A stretch of DNA of 64,000 bases, taken from Candidatus Enterousia sp. GTDB taxonomy: Bacteria; Pseudomonadota; Alphaproteobacteria; Rs-D84. Under the pieces are notes generated by a model, which saw only the letters and a list, made by a program, of their open reading frames with translations, made no database searches and had not been told where the DNA came from. Position numbers and translations under genes: made by a program. Location of the stretch: positions 6,335 through 70,334 of the forward strand of contig JAZQTD010000044.1 of NCBI GenBank assembly GCA_045630455.1. The letters run 5' to 3'. Each line of letters opens with the position of its first letter. The first letter of the stretch is position 1. This document shows, in pieces, positions 56,239 to 64,000 of the stretch.

Positions 56239-57429
56239 TTATCTTTTTTCCGCCAACAATATGATTGTCGACAAAACCCCAACAGCCGCAGAAATTCCCC
56301 AAACCGCAGACGTTATTCCAAACACAGAAATCACCCCCGCCGCCAATGCTGGCACAATTACACTGGGTAAATTTGCACTGGTCCGAAAGACACCATAAAA
56401 TTTGGTCTGTTGTGATTTTTTCGCCGCATCAAAGAACAGCAAATCATGCACAGATTCCATTAACGCACCCGACACCTGCCACGCGATAAATATCATCAGC
56501 AATGGATACCCTGTTGCCACGGTCGCAATTGCCGCCAATCCCGCAAAAGATAAAAATCCCAACGTCAGCCAAATTTTATTTCCATACTGCTTCGTCAACT
56601 TTCCCATCGCTTCACTAAGCAATAAATACGGAATAATTCCCAACGTCAAAACCCAACCCAATGTATCTTTGCTAAAACCAGCTTCTATCACTATAATCGG
56701 CACATACAGAACACGCAGCGCACGCAACGAATAGTATCCAAAATTAACCATATACGCACGTGTCATACCCGCCGTCCGAAAGAACGCAACCATATTTTTC
56801 CACAACGCCTTGAATGTACGGCGCGGATTCACAGGTTTAATCTTTTTGTCTTCTTGAACAATGGCAAAGTACTTGAACATACCCCACCCCACCAGATATA
56901 TCAAGGCAGATGCTAAAAATGCCGAACGATTTGTTCCAGAATAGTCTGCAATTGCCACCGCCACCATCGGCGCAAACAGCGCGCCAATATTTAGCCACAA
57001 ATGATACCGCGCATTCAGGCGCGCCATACCAATATTACGCGAAAAATCCGACATAAATAACGGAATCAACATCACCACCAACGTTGATGCAATACCACTG
57101 GTATAGTCCAGAATAATAAACGTCCGTGGCAGTATTGAAAAACTCATCATCGCATAGCACACCACCAGCATCAGCAACACAAAGTAAAAAACACGCACCT
57201 TGGAAAAGCGTCTAAATATTTCATTTGCGAACAAACCAACAATTAAACAGAACGCAGAATACAGCGCAACATAAACACCAACCGTTGCCGAAGACCGAAA
57301 TATATCCAGAATAACCAGCGAATAAACCGCATTATAAATACCGTCTGCAACCCCGGTAAACAACCCCAGATTTGCAAACGAAAACCCACTAACTTTATTA
57401 TTAACTGAAATATACTTATCCCGTGCCAT
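56239..57429 (-). CDS. MFS transporter
   Basis: About 12 hydrophobic helices in two six-helix halves. Confidence 0.8.
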   Translation of the reverse strand: MARDKYISVNNKVSGFSFANLGLFTGVADGIYNAVYSLVILDIFRSSATVGVYVALYSAFCLIVGLFANEIFRRFSKVRVFYFVLLMLVVCYAMMSFSILPRTFIILDYTSGIASTLVVMLIPLFMSDFSRNIGMARLNARYHLWLNIGALFAPMVAVAIADYSGTNRSAFLASALIYLVGWGMFKYFAIVQEDKKIKPVNPRRTFKALWKNMVAFFRTAGMTRAYMVNFGYYSLRALRVLYVPIIVIEAGFSKDTLGWVLTLGIIPYLLLSEAMGKLTKQYGNKIWLTLGFLSFAGLAAIATVATGYPLLMIFIAWQVSGALMESVHDLLFFDAAKKSQQTKFYGVFRTSANLPSVIVPALAAGVISVFGITSAVWGISAAVGVLSTIILLAEKR

Positions 57430-57479
57430 AGGTATAATTATATCACAAACCCACCCATTTTACTAAGACAAATAAAATT

Positions 57480-57977
57480 TTATCTAAGATTTGCAAGTTG
57501 ATTAAACGCAGACATATTCGTATGCGCCAAGGCGATTGCGATTGCATCGGCCTCATCTGCGGTTTTAGGGTTTGCGGCTGGCAATAAAATTTTCACCATT
57601 TTATCAATTGCGCTTTTGTCGGCATGACCGGCGCCGGTCAGGGCCTTTTTAATTTTATTGGGTTCGTATTCAAATACGGGAATATCGCGATTTGACACCG
57701 CAACAATTGCCGCCGCGCGTGCGTGTCCCAGAATTAATGTTGTTTTTGGGTTTTTGTTCACAAATGTAATTTCAATGCTGCATTCGTCGGGCGCAAACAT
57801 TTCACACAGTTCGGACACACCACGAAAAATTGTCGCCAGGCGTTCTGCAAACGGCAATGTGGTTTTGGGTAATATAACACCACTGGCAATATACTTACGC
57901 GACTGACCCGCGGTATCAACAACCGCCCACCCAGTATGCAAAAGCCCGGGATCAATCCCCAATACACGTTTCGTCAT
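57480..57977 (-). CDS. ruvC: Holliday junction resolvase RuvC
   Basis: LGIDPG...TGW, E..F...N, L.L.HAR, TG.G.A.K and DEADA.AIAL.H motifs. Confidence 0.96.
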   Translation of the reverse strand: MTKRVLGIDPGLLHTGWAVVDTAGQSRKYIASGVILPKTTLPFAERLATIFRGVSELCEMFAPDECSIEITFVNKNPKTTLILGHARAAAIVAVSNRDIPVFEYEPNKIKKALTGAGHADKSAIDKMVKILLPAANPKTADEADAIAIALAHTNMSAFNQLANLR

Positions 57978-58378
57978 TTTGATTTTTTCACAACCCTGCG
58001 CTTTGTTGTTTTAACTTCTGTAGCACTGATGATATGTTTATACATACCCAACCAAGGAATACGAACACCCCACGTTTTAATTTTATACTTTTTTCCTTTT
58101 TTTAGTTTGCCTTGCAATTCATCGCTTTTGAATTTCCAAAACCAAATACAGTTTGTATTTTTGATTGCCTGACCTTTGGTTGTATAAACCATATAGTGCG
58201 ATACGGTTGTACGATTTTCACCTGTACCGTGACTTGATACGACCATCCCTTTGTCGGACACTGTAATAGTATCCTTGGCAACAGTAAGCCGACACCACAA
58301 ACAATGAATTAGCATTAGCGTCAATACCAAGCCTACAAAGATACCGACACCCAGTGTTTCTATTAACTTTTCTTCCAT
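57974..58378 (-). CDS. single-TM hypothetical protein (DUF1523-like)
   Basis: N-terminal TM; N......KF.S...Q..L..G..Y...T.G.RIP.L..Y pattern. Confidence 0.5.
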   Translation of the reverse strand: MEEKLIETLGVGIFVGLVLTLMLIHCLWCRLTVAKDTITVSDKGMVVSSHGTGENRTTVSHYMVYTTKGQAIKNTNCIWFWKFKSDELQGKLKKGKKYKIKTWGVRIPWLGMYKHIISATEVKTTKRRVVKKSK

Positions 58379-58397
58379 ATCATCCCCCTTGGATTTT

Positions 58398-58733
58398 TTA
58401 TTTCCTAAAACTTATTTTTCCCACCGCATCATAGCCAAAGTACTTATTGATACGTTGTGTAATCTCGTCAGCCATATATGACAGTTGTAATGTATACGCT
58501 GGATTTGTTGGGCGAATTGTCACATTAAATTTATCATCACGCATTTTTTTTATCGCCGCCAATGTTGCAATCGCGGCAATGTCCCGCCCCATAATCTCAG
58601 CCCAACGTGCCACCAAATCAGAATCTGATGCGCGCGCGCCGAACATTTTCAAAAATCCACCCATAACACCAGCCATACTTTGTGGCCGTGCGGCACGTTT
58701 TGAAAATTTGTCTTCATTATTGTGGTTTGACAT
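58398..58733 (-). CDS. DciA/DUF721-family protein
   Basis: RWAEIMG..IA...L.Y....I..RIN.YFGY.AV..I pattern. Confidence 0.8.
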   Translation of the reverse strand: MSNHNNEDKFSKRAARPQSMAGVMGGFLKMFGARASDSDLVARWAEIMGRDIAAIATLAAIKKMRDDKFNVTIRPTNPAYTLQLSYMADEITQRINKYFGYDAVGKISFRK

Positions 58734-59805
58734 AACTGTACACTTTCGGCATCAAGATAAACATTTGACCTTGGGCATGCTGACCCTGGGCCAGTTTATA
58801 CGCTTCATCGCCCGAGCCAAAGAATATATCTGCACGAATCCAACCACGAATTGCACTGCCGGTATCTTGGGCAATCATCAAGCGACGGAACGGACGACCA
58901 TCGGACAAATTAGTATTGATATAAACCGGTAACCCCAGTGTGTATAAATCATCATCCATTGCAATACTGCGAATCTTGGACAATGGCGTACCCAACTTTC
59001 CAATTACATCTACGGGCTTAGATTCATAGAAATAAACATAGCGCGGATTTGAATAAATTACATCACGTGCCAGTGACTGATTTTGTTTCAAATGTGTCCA
59101 AACCGCATCGGCCGAATAACCACCAGCGGGGCGAATACCACGACGACGCAGTTCTTCACCAATTGATTTGAACGGCATATCATTTACAGCGGCGAAGTTT
59201 AATTTGATATTTGTGCCATCTTCCAGACGCAAAACCCCAGACCCTTGGATTTGAATATTTTGCACATCAACAATATTTGCCCAGTAAAGAACACGCCCAA
59301 TACCCTTTTCAACAATATCTTTTTTTGCAATGCCTTTGTAATTGCGCCCATCGGTCGGGATTCCCATCAGCGGTTCATTACACTTGGCTGTTTTCGTACG
59401 ACAACCTGGGATTACCGGTGAATAGTATCCGGTATACGTTCCCTTGTCTCCGCCGTTATCATTAAAGATTTGATATGGCTGAAAATGAGATTCAAACCAC
59501 GCACGCACTGTTGCCACGTCTGCAGATGCACTTGGCAACATACGACATTTTTCATCAAACAGTTCTTTATCTGGCATCACGCGCCCAACGTATTGAATGC
59601 GCGCCTTGCACGAATTACGAAACGCCTGCAACGCATATCGCACATCGTCATCACGCCACCCCGTCAACTGAGAATAAGAAACCCGCTTAAAATTAGATGG
59701 CACCACAGAATTATCAGACGATGACGTTGGCGTTGAAACATCACACGATGCCAATACTAACACTGTGAAAACAATCCCAAAAACCTTTAAAAATAAATTT
59801 CTCAT
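58717..59805 (-). CDS. mltA: membrane-bound lytic transglycosylase MltA
   Basis: Lipobox LASC, TGYY.P, IQGSG, NPRYV.F and QDTGSAIRG..RAD.F.G.G motifs. Confidence 0.93.
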   Translation of the reverse strand: MRNLFLKVFGIVFTVLVLASCDVSTPTSSSDNSVVPSNFKRVSYSQLTGWRDDDVRYALQAFRNSCKARIQYVGRVMPDKELFDEKCRMLPSASADVATVRAWFESHFQPYQIFNDNGGDKGTYTGYYSPVIPGCRTKTAKCNEPLMGIPTDGRNYKGIAKKDIVEKGIGRVLYWANIVDVQNIQIQGSGVLRLEDGTNIKLNFAAVNDMPFKSIGEELRRRGIRPAGGYSADAVWTHLKQNQSLARDVIYSNPRYVYFYESKPVDVIGKLGTPLSKIRSIAMDDDLYTLGLPVYINTNLSDGRPFRRLMIAQDTGSAIRGWIRADIFFGSGDEAYKLAQGQHAQGQMFILMPKVYSYVKPQ

Positions 59806-59911
59806 ACTTTATACCCCGTCCCCACTTGTAAAATATTTTTATAATGCTATATTACCATAAAAGACAAAGCTAAGTCCAGTGTCTTAAAACGCCAGAAAAG
59901 GAGAACAAATA

Positions 59912-60337
59912 ATGGCAAAATTCAATATCATATCTCAGTTTTTAAAAGACATCTCTTTTGAAAGTCCAAACGTACCAGAACTGTTTTTCAAACAGGACAA
60001 CGGCCAGGCTAAACTTGAAATCAACATCGACATCCAGATTAAGGGCGCAGAAAACAACCTGTTTATGGTTGATTTGATTACCAAGGTTCATTCTAAATTA
60101 GAAGCCGGCGAAAAATCTATTTTCTTGATTGAATCTACATATTCTGGCTTGGTTCAAATGGAAGAAGAAAAAGACGAAGAAGCAAAAAAACGCACATTGT
60201 TGATTGATGTACCAACATTATTGTTCCCAGCGGTACGTGCGTTAATTACCCGTTTGACAAGTGAATCTGGATTCCCAACATTCGCAATGCAGCCGGTTGA
60301 TTTCGCTCAACTGTACGAACAAAAACAAGCAAAATAA
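59912..60337 (+). CDS. secB: protein-export chaperone SecB
   Basis: QFLKDISFESP and P.LLFP..R....G.FP....P.DF..LY motifs. Confidence 0.92.
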   Translation: MAKFNIISQFLKDISFESPNVPELFFKQDNGQAKLEINIDIQIKGAENNLFMVDLITKVHSKLEAGEKSIFLIESTYSGLVQMEEEKDEEAKKRTLLIDVPTLLFPAVRALITRLTSESGFPTFAMQPVDFAQLYEQKQAK

Positions 60338-60361
60338 AAATCCCCCGTTTGGGGGATTTTT
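60336..60361. terminator. bidirectional terminator
   Basis: AAAAATCCCCC-GTTT-GGGGGATTTTT. Confidence 0.85.
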
Positions 60362-61600
60362 TTAACGTGGACCGCCACCACCTCCCATTGGACCGCGCAT
60401 TCGTCCCTGTTGTCCAGACGACATCGTTTTTGCGCCAACGCGTCCTGTTACAATGCGGTCGCCCATTTGAATTTCATCAGATATAATTTCTGTTTCGGTT
60501 GCAGTACTTAAGCCCTTTTTATATGGAATAAGAACAATCTTGTCATCACGCATTAATATCAAGTGGGTTTGTGGGGTTGCACCATTGATATCCAAATCAT
60601 CAACAATTCCATTAAATGAACGAACCAAGAACGCAGAATTTGCCGCCTTCCATACATTTTGTTTTTCAGAAATGATAATTGTCACGAATGCAGTCATACC
60701 CGGTTTCAGGCGCAAATCTGTATTATCGACGTCAATTACAACAGTATAAACAACAACGTTTGATGTGACCGTTGGTGACAGGCGGATTTGACGTACCACC
60801 CCTTCGAATGTTTCGGTTGGATATGCGTCAACTGTAAAGGTAACGGGTTGACCATCTGTGATTACACCAATGTCAGCCTCTGACACGGATGTTTCAATTT
60901 GCATTTTTGTTAAGTCTTCGGCAATTTCAAACAAATCTGGTGTTTGGAAAGATGCGGCAACAGTTTGACCGACGTCAACTTTGCGCGATATGACCGTGCC
61001 GTTAACCGGTGATGTAATTGTCGCATAACCCAGATTTGTTACCGCGCGGTCGTATGTAGATTGTGCGCGTTTCACAGATGCCTCGGCTTGGGTGTATGAG
61101 GTTTCAGATTGTTCCATTTCTGCACGGGAAATAAAACCTTCGCTATATAAATATTTATTACGTTCATATTCATTTTTTGCATAATCACGTTGTGAAATCG
61201 CACTATCCAATGATGCTTTTGCTTCATCAACAGATGCTTGCAAAACAGATGGTTCAATCGTTAATAAAACATCACCTTTTTCAACCGTAGAATTAAAATC
61301 AACATACAAATTATCAATTGTACCAGATACTTGTGACCCAACGTTGACAGTGTTTACAGGTTGAATTTCGCCTGTGGCGGTTACCACCTGGCGCAGGTCG
61401 CCACGTGTAATGCGTGTCATAGAATATTCGGCACGCTTATTTTCATCGCCACTAAATATAAACATCCCACCTAATGTGGCAACAATTAAAATCATAATCC
61501 ACCAGCGTTTGCGCCACAGCCAAGAGAGCAGTCGCTTGTACCAAGGACGTTTTGACGTTGTGGTTTGTGCAACTTTTTTATTATTCACTTTCTTTGCCAT
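60362..61600 (-). CDS. efflux periplasmic adaptor (MacA-like MFP)
   Basis: V.VGSQVSG.I, I.SP..G.VI.R.V..GQTV.AS, V.EADIG and L.PGMTA motifs. Confidence 0.92.
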   Translation of the reverse strand: MAKKVNNKKVAQTTTSKRPWYKRLLSWLWRKRWWIMILIVATLGGMFIFSGDENKRAEYSMTRITRGDLRQVVTATGEIQPVNTVNVGSQVSGTIDNLYVDFNSTVEKGDVLLTIEPSVLQASVDEAKASLDSAISQRDYAKNEYERNKYLYSEGFISRAEMEQSETSYTQAEASVKRAQSTYDRAVTNLGYATITSPVNGTVISRKVDVGQTVAASFQTPDLFEIAEDLTKMQIETSVSEADIGVITDGQPVTFTVDAYPTETFEGVVRQIRLSPTVTSNVVVYTVVIDVDNTDLRLKPGMTAFVTIIISEKQNVWKAANSAFLVRSFNGIVDDLDINGATPQTHLILMRDDKIVLIPYKKGLSTATETEIISDEIQMGDRIVTGRVGAKTMSSGQQGRMRGPMGGGGGPR

Positions 61601-62939
61601 TGTTTTCTTCCTTTTCTATTTCCGCTTTAATATCACCAATTGATAACGCGACCGCTGCACGCTTTGTAAACAAGTCATAGCGCGCGGCATTGTATTGCTT
61701 TTGTGCATCCAGCAATTCAGACTGAGCCGTTTGCCAATCCAACATTGTTGCGCGTCCAACCTTGTACATACCAGATGTCACACGTTCGGATTCAGTTGCT
61801 GATTTCAATAAAGTTTCAGTTTGAGTTAAAACCTTTTGTGCGGTTTTATAATTCTGATATGCAGTAAATACATCCAGTGATGCATTGTCATTTATGTTGC
61901 GTTCTGTTTCAATCGCACGTTCATAGTTTGCCTGGGCGGATTTAATTCCGTACATATTTGCAAAGCCTGCGAATATTGGCATTGATGCGCGAATACCAAT
62001 ACTGCCACTGATGTTATCTTGACCTGCGCCATATGTTTCAGATGGTGTATCATTCCAAGACAATGACCCAGATGCAGAAATTGATGGCAGATTTTTCAAA
62101 AATGCGCTGTTGCGGCGATGCCACGCAGAATCTTTGTTCGCAGATGCGCGTAATAAATCAGGACGTTGTTTTTGCGCCAATTCAAATAATTCGTCCAATG
62201 ATTTAGTATCACCAGGTGTCCCAATTTCCGCTGGCAAATCTGCAATATTTAATTCGTCATCTGCGGAATAAGACAATTGTGCCAATAATTTCCCTTTGGC
62301 GATTTCACGATTGTTTTTTGTGCGCTCTAAATCTAACTCACGACTGGCCAATGTGGTGTCTGCCTTTAATACATCCGCCTTGGCAACCGAGCCTGCTTTG
62401 AATTTTTTAGTTGCCATTTCCTGGGCGGTTTTTGCAACAGATAATAATTTTTCAGCAGATTTTACATCAGCTTCTGCGTTTAATAATGAATAGTATGAAC
62501 CAATTAAACCATAGATATAATTTTGAACATTTTCATCATAGTCAAATCCCGCCGCCTGCCAGGCATTAATCAGCTGTCTTTGGTCAGATAAACGCTTGCC
62601 AAAATCAAATATCAGATACGATGCAGACAATGATGCACCATATGACCAATCCCCCCATTCTTTGTTGCGATATGGCAGTGATGCGTTAGCGCTGGCACTA
62701 ACACTGGGTAAATAATTTGCGTAGCCAGCGTTTTTTGAATATCTTGACGATTCATATGCCAGATACGATGCCGCTGTTTGTGGGTTGCGACACAGCCCAA
62801 GCTCTATAACATCAGGCAAGGATAAAAGTTCAGACGGAGCAGTTGTGCGTGTGGCGCAGTTGTCGATTGCCCCAAAAGCATAAAATGGCACCATAAAAAA
62901 CGCTAAAAACGACAATTTTCTCATAAAATTCTCTCTCAC
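61581..62939 (-). CDS. TolC-family outer-membrane channel (start may be 62924)
   Basis: LSL...I..GL..NP, two OEP repeats; directly upstream of the MFP gene. Confidence 0.9.
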   Translation of the reverse strand: MRENFMRKLSFLAFFMVPFYAFGAIDNCATRTTAPSELLSLPDVIELGLCRNPQTAASYLAYESSRYSKNAGYANYLPSVSASANASLPYRNKEWGDWSYGASLSASYLIFDFGKRLSDQRQLINAWQAAGFDYDENVQNYIYGLIGSYYSLLNAEADVKSAEKLLSVAKTAQEMATKKFKAGSVAKADVLKADTTLASRELDLERTKNNREIAKGKLLAQLSYSADDELNIADLPAEIGTPGDTKSLDELFELAQKQRPDLLRASANKDSAWHRRNSAFLKNLPSISASGSLSWNDTPSETYGAGQDNISGSIGIRASMPIFAGFANMYGIKSAQANYERAIETERNINDNASLDVFTAYQNYKTAQKVLTQTETLLKSATESERVTSGMYKVGRATMLDWQTAQSELLDAQKQYNAARYDLFTKRAAVALSIGDIKAEIEKEENNGKESE

Positions 62940-63018
62940 ATAAAATTCTTTTTACATTTTATACATTTTTCTATTGAATTACAATTTTTTTTTGCGTAAT
63001 ATGCCATCACACAGTTAA

Positions 63019-63092
63019 GGCTTGGTGGCAGAGTGGTTATGCAGAGGACTGCAAATCCTTGGATGCCGGTTCGATTCCGACCCAAGCCTCCA
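63019..63092 (+). tRNA. tRNA-Cys (anticodon GCA)
   Basis: GGCTTGG/CCAAGCC acceptor stem, GAGGA-CTGCAAA-TCCTT anticodon arm, T-loop TTCGATT, discriminator T, encoded CCA; one C-A mismatch in the T stem. Confidence 0.95.
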
Positions 63093-63321
63093 AATAAAAA
63101 ATGTCCGCTTGTCGGGCATTTTTTGTTTGGAAATTTAGGAAGAGTCATCGAACCGGTACGGTTCGCATACGAGCCGAGATTTGTCGTGTGCAATAAGCAC
63201 CCTGCACACGACGAATCCGTGCGAGTGGTGAGTCAAGTTGCGTTTAGCAACGGTCGCCAAAGGTGATGCGAACATTCCGACCCAAGCCTCCAAATAAAAA
63301 ACACCCGAATGGGTGTTTTTT
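63074..63321 (+). repeat. tRNA-linked direct repeat: 28-bp copies of the tRNA-Cys 3' end 200 bp apart, each followed by its own terminator hairpin
   Basis: ATTCCGACCCAAGCCTCCAAATAAAAAA at 63074-63101 and 63274-63301. Confidence 0.9.
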
Positions 63322-63364
63322 TTGTTTCTTGTTTATGTGTTTTTTATTTATTATCATAATTCCT

Positions 63365-64000
63365 ATGATAAACGTTATAACATTAACTGATTACAGAAAT
63401 CACGACGCCTGTCGTATAAATACGTATGGGCGGGGTAATGTTATTATAACCGGTCCAAATGGTGCAGGAAAAACAGCCGTGCTGGAAGCGGTATCAATGT
63501 TGTCTGGTGATCGTGGTATGCGTGGCGCAGATATGCGTGATATTGCACGATTTAATGGTTGTGGCGGATTTTCTGTGTTTGCAACATTAGCGGACGAGAC
63601 AGATATATCCGTTACGTTTAGTGCGGGCGATTCTAATCGGCGCGCCAAGATAGACGGCGACAGTGCCCCACTATCCGAACTGGGGAAACATTTACGTATT
63701 GTATGGTTGACCCCACGTGAAGACAGATTATTTGTTGATGGTGCGTCTGAACGTCGTGCGTTTTTTGATAGATTGGCTGGGGCATTTGATGTATCGCATA
63801 CGGGACGTGTGGCGCGCTTAACTAAGTTATTATCCGAACGCGCATTTGCGTTAAAAAGCGGAGCGGATTCACATTGGATAAATGCACTTGATTCACAAAT
63901 CGCAGGGGCGGCAGTTGCCGTGGCAACGGCGCGTATTCAATATGCCGGACAATTAAATTATTTTCTTGACCGATGCGCGGTGTCTGTATCGGGCAAGATA
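63365..64000 (+). CDS. recF: DNA replication/repair protein RecF (3'-truncated by the window edge)
   Basis: MINVITLTDYRNH...ITGPNGAGKT..LEA.S.L, W.TP, RR.FFDRL; absent from the ORF track because there is no stop. Confidence 0.9.
   Translation, partial: MINVITLTDYRNHDACRINTYGRGNVIITGPNGAGKTAVLEAVSMLSGDRGMRGADMRDIARFNGCGGFSVFATLADETDISVTFSAGDSNRRAKIDGDSAPLSELGKHLRIVWLTPREDRLFVDGASERRAFFDRLAGAFDVSHTGRVARLTKLLSERAFALKSGADSHWINALDSQIAGAAVAVATARIQYAGQLNYFLDRCAVSVSGKI

Noticed and set aside
63074-63301. Direct repeats as a CRISPR array
   Set aside because: Only two copies, the repeat is the tRNA 3' end, the spacer is 172 bp, and there are no cas genes.

Overview
AT-rich, compact chromosome segment of an alphaproteobacterium. 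Markers are MucR/Ros, an alpha-type DksA, an RHH_4-type protein and an alpha-type J-domain protein; the streamlined genes suggest a host-associated, reduced-genome lineage (inference). It is mostly housekeeping and envelope genes (tatABC, lolA, recJ, ftsI/ftsL/ftsK, suf genes, thrS, gltX, serS, secDF-yajC, mutL, greA, xerD, trxA/trxB, typA, recA, ruvC, mltA, secB, tolC, 5' part of recF), two tRNAs (Lys-CTT, Cys-GCA) and a six-gene surface-glycan locus with a Stealth protein. No CRISPR array, prophage or IS element is supported. The strongest signal lies below the ORF-track cut-off: thrS and serS each have a promoter-proximal leader ORF rich in the cognate amino acid (MNLFKFFFTTTTTTPLGV; MKCEFSFFSFSSSPLGE). 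Both leaders end in the same CCCCGTTGGGGG-NN-TAATTT hairpin/stop cassette, which looks like a shared leader-peptide control module for aminoacyl-tRNA synthetase genes. Other observations: two micropeptide ORFs with strong Shine-Dalgarno (SD) sites behind recA; a ~106-bp palindromic element in two copies with compensatory base changes; a 200-bp tRNA-Cys-linked duplication; a YbeY-Lnt fusion; a membrane lysozyme-like/TPR protein; a degenerate HNH plus SMI1/KNR4 pair; and a signal-anchored lactate oxidase. All family assignments come from motif recognition by eye; no searches were run.
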